Shown: positions 26,523 through 36,556 of the stretch, piece after piece
How the letters are laid out: the number at the start of each line of letters is the position of its first letter
How positions within the stretch are numbered: position 1 is the stretch's first letter
Source of the DNA: Cyanobacteria bacterium auto_48_18
GTDB lineage: Bacteria > Cyanobacteriota > Vampirovibrionia > Obscuribacterales > Obscuribacteraceae
Assembly: GCA_036170915.1 (NCBI GenBank)
Contig: JAVHQC010000022.1
Location: 223,420 to 287,419, forward strand
Reading direction: 5' to 3'
Length of the DNA stretch: 64,000 nucleotides
Made by a program: the position numbers and the translations under genes
Notes under the pieces: generated by a model
The model's input: only the letters and a program-made list of their open reading frames with translations
Told to the model about the DNA's origin: nothing
Database searches by the model: none

Positions 26523-27572
26523 ATGTCGAATTTAGTTTCAATACTCTTGCCCGTTTATAATGGCCAGAAATATCTGAAATCGGCCATTGACAGTGTTTTA
26601 GCCCAGACACATCAAGACTTTGAGTTACTTGCCTGCGATGATTGCTCAACTGATGATTCATATGCAATTTTAGAGGAATGTGCGGCAGCAGACGAGCGCA
26701 TCAAAATTGTTAGAAACCAAACGCAGCAAGGTCTATTCGGAAATTACAATCAGTGTTGGCAGAGGGCTCAAGGCACACTGATTAAGCCATTTGCCCAGGA
26801 CGATATTCTTTACCCGCAGTATTTGGCGGAAGGTGTAAAAACACTTGCTCAAAATTCACATATAAAACTGATGCTCAGCGCTCGCAATTTAATAGACGAG
26901 AACGGCGCTACTTTAGAGACCGTATCACCACTGCCTGCCGGTCTTTATAAAGGCGAAGACCTGATCACCTGGAGCTTGATTTTTCTTACTAATAAGCTCG
27001 GAGAGCCGGTCACCGGCATGTTTAGAGCGGCTGATTTAGATTATGGTTATGACACCAGATATTTTCATTATGGTGATCTAGAGTTGTGGTTTCGCCTGCT
27101 TTCTCAGGGTGATTTATCATTCAATGATCAGGTGCTTTGTGCCTTCCGCCGTCACGAGGGTGGTACTACAACGGCCAATCACCGTCATCTGTTTGACCTA
27201 ATTGATGCCATGCGTATTTGTCGGCAGTATTACAGCTATCTGGAAAAAATCGGTGAAACTAAAGAGCACCTCTACCGCCGTTTAGTAGAATATGCGGCGC
27301 TTTCAGTGGCCCATTTAACTGCCGAAACTGGTGGTAACGAAAGCATGGTGCGCCGGCATGGTGCCGAACCTGGCCCCAACTGCGGTATCAATGCCGACGA
27401 TGATTTTGCCGAGCTGCTTTATTTATCGCTCGCTTACATTACACCGCTGATGGCAGAGTTAGATCATGCTAAAGGTTGCTTGACCGAGTTAGAAGGTCTG
27501 CGTGCTCAGATGAACTCACGCAGTCACCAGGCCGTGGGCTGGTTGATGACTTCGCTCAGGCGGGGGCGTTAA
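26523..27572 (+). CDS. Glycosyltransferase family 2
   Basis: VSILLPVYNG, DDCSTD, QDD, GEP, DLELWFRL; C-terminal coiled-coil. Confidence 0.88.
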   Translation: MSNLVSILLPVYNGQKYLKSAIDSVLAQTHQDFELLACDDCSTDDSYAILEECAAADERIKIVRNQTQQGLFGNYNQCWQRAQGTLIKPFAQDDILYPQYLAEGVKTLAQNSHIKLMLSARNLIDENGATLETVSPLPAGLYKGEDLITWSLIFLTNKLGEPVTGMFRAADLDYGYDTRYFHYGDLELWFRLLSQGDLSFNDQVLCAFRRHEGGTTTANHRHLFDLIDAMRICRQYYSYLEKIGETKEHLYRRLVEYAALSVAHLTAETGGNESMVRRHGAEPGPNCGINADDDFAELLYLSLAYITPLMAELDHAKGCLTELEGLRAQMNSRSHQAVGWLMTSLRRGR

Positions 27573-30337
27573 TGACGCAGCCTTTCTCTAAAATAATGCA
27601 AGCGCTAGGCAAGCACAGCTATTGTCTGGTGCCTGCTTTGATATGTTTTGTGGTGGTTACCTTCTTTCATTTTCGGGTGCTCAATAGTCGCGCGGTTTTC
27701 TTTGCCGATTCTGCCGGTTATTTAGTCTCGGCAACTGAAATCAGAGCGGCTCTCATGGCTCTTCTCACTTTTGACTTTAGCCAGGCCTGGAGCGTGCTTT
27801 CAGCCAGACCATTTGTAGAGCGCTTCTTAATTGATGGCCCGGTGATTCCTATCTGGGGTGCGCTTACTTTTGCCATTGTTGGTAAAGCACCCAACTCTTT
27901 TGCCTGGCCGGTGATAATTTTTGCCCTGGGTCTTTTAAATGCGCTGGTGGCATTAATTACCGCAGCTCTGGTGAAAATTGCTTTGCGTTCAAAAATTGCC
28001 GGTTTTGGAGCTGGTCTGGCCTGGGCGTTCTATCCAGGAGCCGCCTATGCCTCAGGGCGTTATTTAACTGAACCGCTTACGGTTTTCTATATCGTGGCAT
28101 CGCTGGCTGTGGGCTGCGCGCTGATCAGCAACAGTAATAATTCTAATTCTAAAACAGGCTTGCGTTTGATACTATGCGCGGTGCAGGGCTTGCTTTCCGG
28201 TAGCGGTATTTTGCTCAAGCCGGCACTTCTGCCGCTTTTTGCCTGTCTTACTTTTATTCCTATAATTCTCAGTCAGCCCTGGGAGAAGAAGTTTAGCCTG
28301 AGCCAGTTCAAATCTGCGCTTGTGGCATTAGTCGGCTTTGCCAGCGCACCGCTGGCCTGGGCAACATATACAAAATTTGCTGAAGGGCATATTTATTTTT
28401 TCCCTCAGCGCGTACCACTGCTTAATATTGTAGTCGGTCACGATTTAGAGACTGACGGCTGGTGCGCCATCACCAATACTCCCACTTTCTGCACCCTCAC
28501 TGGTCTGGGTAATTCTGTTGCCGTTTTGTTGTATAGCTGGCAACATAATTTTGCTGAAACAGCAGAACTTTATTTACGCAAAATTCCACGCATCGTCGGA
28601 TTCGTCTGGAACGATTTTAAGCAGCCATTTTATGGCGTCACTCTTGTACAGCAAAATTTTGTGCATTCGGTACTGGTAGCCCTGGCGGCCTTTGGCGCTG
28701 TGATATTTTGTTTTCAGTTTAATTCGCTGCGCAAAGAAAAGCCTGTGCTTTTCTATTTGCTGGCTGCGTCGATTCTAACAATTGGCAGTCACATTGTTAT
28801 GTATATGCCCTTTGAGTCTTGCCCGCGATACGGTTATCCGTCAATGCCGTGCTTTGTCATTCTGGCTGCCTACGGCCTTCACTGCGCTCTAAGTCAGAGT
28901 ACCCGCAGCAAAAGCTATTTCTGCCTGGCCAGTTTGCTTTGCACGGCAGTACTTATCAATCTCAATTTAACTGCATTCTTTGCGGGAAGTATTGATTTTA
29001 CTGCTGCAGTATTTATAAGCACAGCCATTAAAGTGCTGGCAATTACGGCAGCGTCTGTTTATTGCTGCAAGCTGGCAGCTTCTTTGGCAGCTTCTTTGCC
29101 AGCTTCTTTGCCAGCAGCTGATGCAAGATCTGAACAGGGCAACAAATATAGTTGGCTGGTCAGTCTATCTGCGCTCTTGCTTTTAGTTTTATTGCCGACC
29201 TATCTCTCATCTACAAAAATAGATGAGTGGCGCGAAACATCTATTAGCTTGCCTCTCGGCGCTCATATTGAGAGGGTGGCAAACCTGCCGGAAGCGGCCT
29301 TGAAGCCGCAATCTACCATGTTTTATGTGCTGGTAGATAGCAATAGCCCGGCTTTAAAATGCAAAATCAACGGTGTGGAAATGGCCGGCAATTTTGTTCC
29401 TATTGCCAGCCACGATTTGTCACTTGAAAAATATGTGGGCCTTGGTCGCATGCTCTCTTTTGTCACAGATCGGCCCCTGGCGAGCTTTAGACAATGGCGC
29501 GTTCTGGAATTGCCACGGGCGTCATTAAAAGCCGGAGCAAATACTATTGAAATGGCTGCCACCACAGGTGATGTGAAAATATTTGCCGATCGAGTGGGCG
29601 AGAATGAAAAAAGTTACCGCTTGCCGTCGCGCTCTCTTTACAGCTACAGCAAGGCTATAGGTACCGGTTATGAGATGGATCCTCGCCTGATGGATGGCGT
29701 GGGTCAAACTCTCAATAGTGAGAACCATCCGACTTCAGTCTGCGCCAGAGTTTTTCTCATGGCGAGCAAGCCGGCACCAGGCACTACCCCTGCTCAACCA
29801 GCGGCAGGAAAGAATGAAGGACAGTCTGCTACTTTAGATTTCGCCTCACCGTTGTTCGATCTGGTGATGCATTTACCTGGCAGCAATGCCGATGAAATTT
29901 CAGTCAATCGCTACACGGTCAAAGATGCTAGAACCGCCGGTGTAACGCTAAAGTTACCGGCCTGGTGCACTCTTGCCGATCAGTTCAAATTGCATTTGAG
30001 TGGAGAAGTAAGGCCCACTGGAAAAACCAGAGATACTGGCATACTAGCCATTGTTTATGGCCCCAGTGGTGTAACTCTAAATTCTACGCTGCCCTCGCCG
30101 GCACCATATTTTCATACCGGGGATGGTTGGACAAAGTTTGATTTCACCGATTTTCTTTATAACAAAAGCCACAATATCGATCAGGCCACAGTTGTGCTGT
30201 TTCCTGGCCGTGCCGAGCAAATTATGCAATATGGCCTTGATCAGCATATCGGCAGCTTCCTCTTCAGAAACGTCAAATTGACTTTGACCGAGATTAAGCC
30301 CACAGATTTATCTACATGTGAGAGCAAATTGTATTGA
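27572..30337 (+). CDS. Large GT-C-fold (ArnT/PMT-like) membrane glycosyltransferase with C-terminal extracytoplasmic domain
   Basis: Many TM segments, loop-1 DSAGY, YP..SGRYLTE, PRY motif; ATG overlaps the upstream TAA (TAATG). Confidence 0.65.
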   Translation: MTQPFSKIMQALGKHSYCLVPALICFVVVTFFHFRVLNSRAVFFADSAGYLVSATEIRAALMALLTFDFSQAWSVLSARPFVERFLIDGPVIPIWGALTFAIVGKAPNSFAWPVIIFALGLLNALVALITAALVKIALRSKIAGFGAGLAWAFYPGAAYASGRYLTEPLTVFYIVASLAVGCALISNSNNSNSKTGLRLILCAVQGLLSGSGILLKPALLPLFACLTFIPIILSQPWEKKFSLSQFKSALVALVGFASAPLAWATYTKFAEGHIYFFPQRVPLLNIVVGHDLETDGWCAITNTPTFCTLTGLGNSVAVLLYSWQHNFAETAELYLRKIPRIVGFVWNDFKQPFYGVTLVQQNFVHSVLVALAAFGAVIFCFQFNSLRKEKPVLFYLLAASILTIGSHIVMYMPFESCPRYGYPSMPCFVILAAYGLHCALSQSTRSKSYFCLASLLCTAVLINLNLTAFFAGSIDFTAAVFISTAIKVLAITAASVYCCKLAASLAASLPASLPAADARSEQGNKYSWLVSLSALLLLVLLPTYLSSTKIDEWRETSISLPLGAHIERVANLPEAALKPQSTMFYVLVDSNSPALKCKINGVEMAGNFVPIASHDLSLEKYVGLGRMLSFVTDRPLASFRQWRVLELPRASLKAGANTIEMAATTGDVKIFADRVGENEKSYRLPSRSLYSYSKAIGTGYEMDPRLMDGVGQTLNSENHPTSVCARVFLMASKPAPGTTPAQPAAGKNEGQSATLDFASPLFDLVMHLPGSNADEISVNRYTVKDARTAGVTLKLPAWCTLADQFKLHLSGEVRPTGKTRDTGILAIVYGPSGVTLNSTLPSPAPYFHTGDGWTKFDFTDFLYNKSHNIDQATVVLFPGRAEQIMQYGLDQHIGSFLFRNVKLTLTEIKPTDLSTCESKLY
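29072..29119 (+). repeat. In-frame 12-bp tandem repeat (LAAS LAAS LPAS LPAA)
   Basis: CTGGCAGCTTCT, TTGGCAGCTTCT, TTGCCAGCTTCT, TTGCCAGCAGCT. Confidence 0.8.
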
Positions 30338-30448
30338 TTTAGCCTGGTTTTTCGCGGTAATGAAGCCCAACTAATTTTGCCAGGTTCTTTATATCTTACT
30401 ATGGAGCATTAATTGAATGCCCAGCCGCGCCCATACAGGATTAACCTC

Positions 30449-31534
30449 ATGAATTCAAACCCCTCACACTTACTAGAAAACACTAAAGTGGTGGTTTTTG
30501 GCGGAACCGGTTCACTGGGTCAGAAGCTGGTACAGCGTATATTGGCCGGCGAGTGCGGCGTGCCGAGAAAGCTCGTTATCATTTCGCGAGACGAAGCCAA
30601 GCAATATCAGATGAAAATCGACCTGGAACATCAGAACCAGGCATCAACCCAAGATGTTATTTACAAAAAGGGCCTTTCGCCAGTGGAGTTTGTCATTGGC
30701 GACATTCGCGATTACACCTCTGTGCAAAGTGTATTGTGCGAGGCCGACTATGTTTTCAGCACAGCTGCTCTCAAGCAAGTGCCCACCTGCGAATATTTTC
30801 CTTTTGAAGCTGTAAAAACAAATTGCATCGGCATGCAAAACATCATTAGTGCTGTGAAGCAAGGCAGCTATCCGGTCAAGATGGTGCTCGGTATCTCAAC
30901 AGACAAGGCCTGCAAGCCCGTCAATGTCATGGGCATGACCAAAGCGCTGCAAGAGCGCATGCTTGTCCAAGCCAATTTAGACAACAGCAAAGGCACTCGT
31001 TTTGGTGCTGTACGTTATGGCAATGTAGTGGCATCGCGGGGCTCTGTAGTGCCGCTCTTCGCCGAACAAATTTCACGTGGCGGCCCTGTCACAGTGACAA
31101 CTGAAACTATGACTCGCTTTTTGCTGACACTAGATCAAGCGGTTGACACTATTTTTGCCAGCGTTCGCACCGGTACACCTGGCGACATTTATGTGCCAAT
31201 CATTCCGTCTGCCAGAATCATCGACGTGGCCAAGGCAATTATTGATGATAACGATATTCAAATCAAAGTCACCGGCATTAGACCAGGCGAAAAAGAGCAT
31301 GAGATCATGATTTCGGAAGAAGAATCGTATCGCACCATCAAAAGAGATGGGTATTACGTTATCCTTCCCATGCTGCCTGAATTACAACCACCAACCATTG
31401 AGACTGCTCTCAAAGGTGGTCTGGAATATAGTTCTAGCGTTGTCACCATGGAAAAAGGCGACATTCTAAAAATGCTGCGCGACAACAAGCTTTTGCCGGC
31501 TAAAGCCGAAGCGGCAATGAAAGTCTTGAAGTGA
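30449..31534 (+). CDS. UDP-GlcNAc 4,6-dehydratase/epimerase, FnlA/WbjB/CapE-like
   Basis: GGTGSLG, SRDEAKQ, AALKQVPTCEYFPFEAVKTN, STDKACKPVNVMGMTK, RYGNVVASRGSVVPLF, GIRPGEK. Confidence 0.85.
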   Translation: MNSNPSHLLENTKVVVFGGTGSLGQKLVQRILAGECGVPRKLVIISRDEAKQYQMKIDLEHQNQASTQDVIYKKGLSPVEFVIGDIRDYTSVQSVLCEADYVFSTAALKQVPTCEYFPFEAVKTNCIGMQNIISAVKQGSYPVKMVLGISTDKACKPVNVMGMTKALQERMLVQANLDNSKGTRFGAVRYGNVVASRGSVVPLFAEQISRGGPVTVTTETMTRFLLTLDQAVDTIFASVRTGTPGDIYVPIIPSARIIDVAKAIIDDNDIQIKVTGIRPGEKEHEIMISEEESYRTIKRDGYYVILPMLPELQPPTIETALKGGLEYSSSVVTMEKGDILKMLRDNKLLPAKAEAAMKVLK

Positions 31535-32535
31535 TCGCTAACTACAGTGCTTCTCAAGCTGACTCACTAAGCGTGATCATACGTTTTCATGCTGGTGCCT
31601 CTTTGGAATTACTGAGAGAAGCGCTGCGTTCTATCGAACTGCAAAATCACAAAAATCTTGAACTGGTTTTGTGCCTGCAAGATTGTGCAGATTTGCACGA
31701 AGCTATTAATGCTGCTATCAATGAGATATGGCAGGGCACGCCGCCGCAGACAATAATCATTGATAAGCAAGCGGCCGCTGGCGAAGATCTTCGTTCGGCC
31801 ATGCTGAACGCCGGCATTAAAAATTCAACGGGACGGTTCATCTCTTTTCTTGATTATGACGATATTCTTTTTCCCGAATTTCACAGCAAATTGATTTCAA
31901 GATTAGTGCAATCGCCCTCTGCTGTGGCAGTCTGTGGCACAGTCTGCTCTTATGGCCGTTGGGAAAGCGGAACATGGCATGAGACTCGCAGCGATAAATT
32001 TTTTGAGCATGGAAAAGGCAAACTTGATTTGCTCGAAAGCAATTTTATTCCACTGCATTCATATGTTGTAGATACTTCGAAATTTGATCGAGCACAGTGG
32101 CAAACATCAGAGAATCTGTCGCGCTTTGAAGACTATTTGCTCTTGCTCAATTTAGCCGCTCAATGTGATTTCGATTTTTACTACCATAGTCAAGTTCTCT
32201 GTCAGTATCGCATTCGCGATGACGGCTCGAACTCTACCCTGCAGGGCAGAGAGCAGGTGTCAACTGCTGAGCGTGACGAATGGGCCCAGGCTTTTAAGTA
32301 TATTCAAGAGCAGAAGAAAGCTCTCGTATTTCACATAAACGCCAGTGAGCTTGACGAGATTCTCAAAGCGCGCCAGAGAAGCGAGCAAGAGTGCCAGGCA
32401 CTGAAAAAAGTCAATGCCGATCAAGAAGAAGAGCTAGTTTTGCTGCGCCGCGCTTTGCAAAGAAAGTCGGTTGTGGCCGTCTCTAAAATTTTGGCTGTTG
32501 CTTCAAATCTACGGACAGCTTTGAAAAAGCAGTAA
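31531..32535 (+). CDS. Glycosyltransferase family 2
   Basis: RSAMLNAGI, FLDYDD, EDY; C-terminal coiled-coil; GTG overlaps the upstream stop. Confidence 0.8.
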   Translation: MIANYSASQADSLSVIIRFHAGASLELLREALRSIELQNHKNLELVLCLQDCADLHEAINAAINEIWQGTPPQTIIIDKQAAAGEDLRSAMLNAGIKNSTGRFISFLDYDDILFPEFHSKLISRLVQSPSAVAVCGTVCSYGRWESGTWHETRSDKFFEHGKGKLDLLESNFIPLHSYVVDTSKFDRAQWQTSENLSRFEDYLLLLNLAAQCDFDFYYHSQVLCQYRIRDDGSNSTLQGREQVSTAERDEWAQAFKYIQEQKKALVFHINASELDEILKARQRSEQECQALKKVNADQEEELVLLRRALQRKSVVAVSKILAVASNLRTALKKQ

Positions 32536-32568
32536 AGCCATTGAGTGTGCACCGATTATGCGTTACAG

Positions 32569-34212
32569 CTATGGTGCGCGGTATAGGCCCACCGCAGCGC
32601 CATCAAGTGCTTTGAATGACTTAACCAGTTTGTAATTGGCTTTGATGAAAGCAATTAATTGCTGGTGCGATTGTAGGTTTTGTTCGTCGGCAAATCTAAA
32701 GCCCTGATCACCGTCTTTAATCACGTACCAGCGGTAGTTAAGTGCCTGTGCCTGGGTAAATTCTTCTTTGTCGCCCAATGCCGTCCACATGCGGCTTGTG
32801 GTGGGTCTGATCTGCATACCCTGTAGCTGTGCCAGCAGCTCGAACTCGTGCACGTCAAGCCCTGCACCAGAGGCGGTGATATTGAGCCATGAAATGGTCT
32901 GTTTCCCGTCACGCTCAGCAATGGTGGCTAAAATATCGCTGGCTAACGCACCAGCTTCGCTGTTTGGATATGAATGCTGCCAGAAAACCACAGATTTCTT
33001 GTCAAAGAAAGGCGAGACATGTTCTCGTAAGCTGCAAGCCGTGAGGGATGTAAATGAATTGAGGGCCGTCAAATTGATTGGATAAGGCGAAAAATTGAAT
33101 GATATAAATTGCACTGCCAGAACCATGCTCAACACTGACAAGCCAGCGTATACCAGTTTCTTTTTTGCACTTTGTAAAAGTTGTCCTATGCCGACTCCTC
33201 CTACCACTGCTATCAGTATTACCAGTGGGGCCACATAACGATCACGGGCGGGTTGGTATGAAATCAGACTGAGAGCCAGGGCAGCAGGTAATATAGCGAA
33301 CCATAGAATCAAAAGCTTTTTGTGTGCTTCTTTAGTCAGACTCGTGGCACCAAGCATTGCGGTGAATAACACCAGAGGGCTAGCGCAGTAAATCCAGCTG
33401 CCCAGATAATATTTCAGGTTGAATATGATTCTCTCGGCAGCTGAGCCCCGTTTTGAAAGTTCCACCGCAATTTCTTGGTTTTGCTTTTGCATCGAAGCAA
33501 AGTTGAGCAAAGTCCACGGTAAGCAAAGAACCAGTATTGGTGCAGTTACCAGAGCTAAACTAAGAAGAGCTTTTTTGAGTGTGTTTTGTTTATAAGTTAA
33601 ATAAGCATTGATTAGAAATGGAAAACCAAGGTAAGCAATCGCTACTTGTTTGGACATAATTGCCAGGCCAAGCACTATGCCTGTAACCAGCGAATGTTTA
33701 ACCGTTGATTTGCCGCCTTTCCAGTAAATGGCTGCCAATCCTGCCGCCACCATGGCCGTTAGAGGCTGATCAATCAGGGCGCTATGGCTGAAGTCACAGG
33801 TCAAAATACACATATTGACCAGGCAAATGGCTGCACCGACAGCGGTGCTGCGGCCACTGATTAAAAACGCCATGACGCCGACACTGCCGCTTAGCACCGT
33901 CAGCCAGAAAAGCTTTACTATTTGCAGAGAAAGAGTGGCGTTGTGACAAACAGCCATGGCAATGCCCATGGCCAAGGTGCCAACCGGGGGGTAGTAAGTA
34001 TTGACAGTAAAAAAGCTGCGCCAGAAGCTCAGCCGCCAGGGCCTGGCGTGCTCCAGCAAATTGGCATAAGTAAGGCCATTCATCACATGATTGGCTTCAT
34101 CGCAGGCCGGCACATGTTTGTCGAAGAAGAGCCAGGTCGAAAGGGCCAACAAAAAAAGTGCGGTAGTGGCAAAACCCAATTTTAAGGCTTTGCTTCTTTC
34201 GCTATGGAGCAT
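32569..34212 (-). CDS. GT-C-fold (ArnT-like) membrane glycosyltransferase
   Basis: Loop-1 DEANH, YYPP, DQPLTA, GLAIMSKQ, RYVAP. Confidence 0.7.
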   Translation of the reverse strand: MLHSERSKALKLGFATTALFLLALSTWLFFDKHVPACDEANHVMNGLTYANLLEHARPWRLSFWRSFFTVNTYYPPVGTLAMGIAMAVCHNATLSLQIVKLFWLTVLSGSVGVMAFLISGRSTAVGAAICLVNMCILTCDFSHSALIDQPLTAMVAAGLAAIYWKGGKSTVKHSLVTGIVLGLAIMSKQVAIAYLGFPFLINAYLTYKQNTLKKALLSLALVTAPILVLCLPWTLLNFASMQKQNQEIAVELSKRGSAAERIIFNLKYYLGSWIYCASPLVLFTAMLGATSLTKEAHKKLLILWFAILPAALALSLISYQPARDRYVAPLVILIAVVGGVGIGQLLQSAKKKLVYAGLSVLSMVLAVQFISFNFSPYPINLTALNSFTSLTACSLREHVSPFFDKKSVVFWQHSYPNSEAGALASDILATIAERDGKQTISWLNITASGAGLDVHEFELLAQLQGMQIRPTTSRMWTALGDKEEFTQAQALNYRWYVIKDGDQGFRFADEQNLQSHQQLIAFIKANYKLVKSFKALDGAAVGLYRAP

Positions 34213-36556
34213 GCTCTTGCTCCAGTAACACTGTTACAGGGTCGCTCAGCTCGCCCACTGTAACTCCGTCTTTATCGCGCAGGCGCAGTCGAATCTGATG
34301 GTAAGAGCCTGGGGTGAGGCCACCACCATTAATCTCAATGCCGTTGGCTAAAGCAAAAGTCTGTTTTTCCATTACTGCAGCAGAGCCTTCATTATCAGGA
34401 AAATTTTCAAAAAAGGAATTGACTTTGCTGACTTCAATTTGCATCACATCTACATTTAGGTTGGTCACCGGCAGCTGCACGCTCGCTTTCAATTTTCCCC
34501 GGCGGAGAGCAGCGCTGACAACCCCTTCATATGATTCTTGCCCACCGTCAATTTGCAAAACCGGTGCCACTGCCGAAGCCGGTACTAGCCTGCAATTTGA
34601 TAATTCAATCTCGCGCCCTGGTGGTAATAGCAAGAAGAGCGATTCGATAGTCGGTTGCGAATACCAGTGCCAGTCTCGAGAAACTGGCACACGAATGAGA
34701 GTCTTTTTGGCGCCGATTATGCCTTTCGATTGATAATGGCCTGCGCCCTTGTCATTAATGCTGACGCCCAATTTGACTGGCTGCGAAATTTTGTCTAAGA
34801 CTGTTACGTCGGCTTCCAAATAGTCCACACTGAGCGGATTGACGCGCAGATTGTGGAAAGCTAGAGAATCTCCCTCGGCGATATTAGAAAGAATAACTCT
34901 ATTAGAAACAGGCATGAGCTTAACTCCACCAAGACGGTGTGTGTAGCCACTTTCGCTGCTGCTCATAGCGAGCTCTACCGGTGCCGGCGTCGCATTGGCA
35001 GGCAAATAATTGATGTGCACAAATTTGCGTTCGGGGGAGTGCCAGACCAAAATTTTATTGCCTGCCAGTCTTTTAAAACGGGTGCTGTCTATAAAAGGCG
35101 CTTCGCTAAACTGAATAGGATCAAAAGTGACAAACTGCCCCGAGCGATCTTTGTCAGTAAAGGGCGGCTTCAAGGCGGTAGTGAAAGTATTGCCATTGAG
35201 AATCATATGGGCGCCGCCACGCCTTTTGGGTATACCGAGAATCGATATTTTGCTGGTGCCAGCTTCAGGTAAAGCTCGCGCTTGTTTGACCAGTTCCCTT
35301 ACTTCCTGTCCGGCATGTACCCATTCGAGATTGTTTGAGTAGGCCGCTTTACCTAAAACAACTATGCAAGTTGCCACTGCCCCTGCACCAATGATGCTTA
35401 CTGTGTTGGCGAGCAGATTCGGTAATTTCCTTCTTCGTCCTTGCAGTAGTATCAGCGACGGTGCAAGCATTGCAAGTGGCATGGTGAGGAAGAAACAAAA
35501 TCTTCCTCCTTCGAGGTCAAAACCCAGGCCCCAGAGCTTATAGATAGGCGCCAGGCAGGTAATCAGCCAGATCAAAATAAAGACTGACCAGCGAATACTA
35601 ATGGTCAGGCTTGCCAGCCGCAAAACAATTAGTACGGCTAAAATCACATAACAGATTTGCAAAAATGGTTGCTGCCAGGGAGCAGAACCAAAAACATTTT
35701 CTGCCAGGGGGAAAAATAAACGCTTCAGTGTATCCACATCAAGCCAGCGTGAAAGAGCATTAGCTGCCTGCGAATCACCAATGCCCTGCACGTAGCCCCC
35801 CAAGATTGTGCCGAGAGCCAGAAAGCGCAAGATGAAATAAACGACGGTGGAAATCCATAATGGAGCCGCTAATTTGAAAGCACGGCGCAGGCTGAATGTC
35901 TGGCCAAAAAGAAGATATATGGCAGTCACCATTACTGGTGCGCCGATGGCCATTTCTTTGGTCCACATGGCCAACCAGAAGCAGAGCACAGCAAGGCTAA
36001 TGTAGCGTCGATATTGAACTGTGTTTCTTTCGGCGACCACACTGAAAATGAGGCAGGCTAAATAGAAGACTGCGCAGACGATGTCAACTCTTCCCACCAC
36101 CCAAGAAACGCTCTCACAATGCAGCGGAGAGGCCGCAAATAGAGCAGCGCTGAGAAGGGCAACCAGAGCGCCTTGCTTGTTGTTTTGTCGATTGTGGTGG
36201 CTGCCGCTCAATGTGTAAATGAGCCAGTAGAAAAGCACCACCACCACATTATATGAGAGTAAATTGGTCAAATAGTAGCCAAAGGCACTAGCACGCCAGA
36301 GACAAAAATCGGTGAAGAGGCTCACCATCAGCCACGGGCGCCAGACAGCCATTCCGGGTACACGCATAAAATTGCTGGTGAAATCAGCCCAGAGCAAACT
36401 GTAGTCACCGGCAAAAATATGGCTGGCGTAAGCGATCTCGCCAAAATCGTCAGCCAGAAAATAGCTGCCCAGGGTGCGAGCAAACACCAGCCAGACAATG
36501 ATGCTGAGCACAACAACGTGTAAAAGAGGATTTGCCGTAATGCGCAACTTTTCCAT
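34202..36556 (-). CDS. GT-C-fold membrane glycosyltransferase with C-terminal beta domains
   Basis: YFLADDF, WRP, PLHCESVSWVVGR, TKEMA; ATG overlaps the upstream TGA. Confidence 0.7.
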   Translation of the reverse strand: MEKLRITANPLLHVVVLSIIVWLVFARTLGSYFLADDFGEIAYASHIFAGDYSLLWADFTSNFMRVPGMAVWRPWLMVSLFTDFCLWRASAFGYYLTNLLSYNVVVVLFYWLIYTLSGSHHNRQNNKQGALVALLSAALFAASPLHCESVSWVVGRVDIVCAVFYLACLIFSVVAERNTVQYRRYISLAVLCFWLAMWTKEMAIGAPVMVTAIYLLFGQTFSLRRAFKLAAPLWISTVVYFILRFLALGTILGGYVQGIGDSQAANALSRWLDVDTLKRLFFPLAENVFGSAPWQQPFLQICYVILAVLIVLRLASLTISIRWSVFILIWLITCLAPIYKLWGLGFDLEGGRFCFFLTMPLAMLAPSLILLQGRRRKLPNLLANTVSIIGAGAVATCIVVLGKAAYSNNLEWVHAGQEVRELVKQARALPEAGTSKISILGIPKRRGGAHMILNGNTFTTALKPPFTDKDRSGQFVTFDPIQFSEAPFIDSTRFKRLAGNKILVWHSPERKFVHINYLPANATPAPVELAMSSSESGYTHRLGGVKLMPVSNRVILSNIAEGDSLAFHNLRVNPLSVDYLEADVTVLDKISQPVKLGVSINDKGAGHYQSKGIIGAKKTLIRVPVSRDWHWYSQPTIESLFLLLPPGREIELSNCRLVPASAVAPVLQIDGGQESYEGVVSAALRRGKLKASVQLPVTNLNVDVMQIEVSKVNSFFENFPDNEGSAAVMEKQTFALANGIEINGGGLTPGSYHQIRLRLRDKDGVTVGELSDPVTVLLEQEHAP

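Noticed and set aside
27476..27571. Track 32-codon extension of the GT-C ORF
   Set aside because: Overlaps the upstream GT2; ATG 27572 gives standard TAATG coupling.
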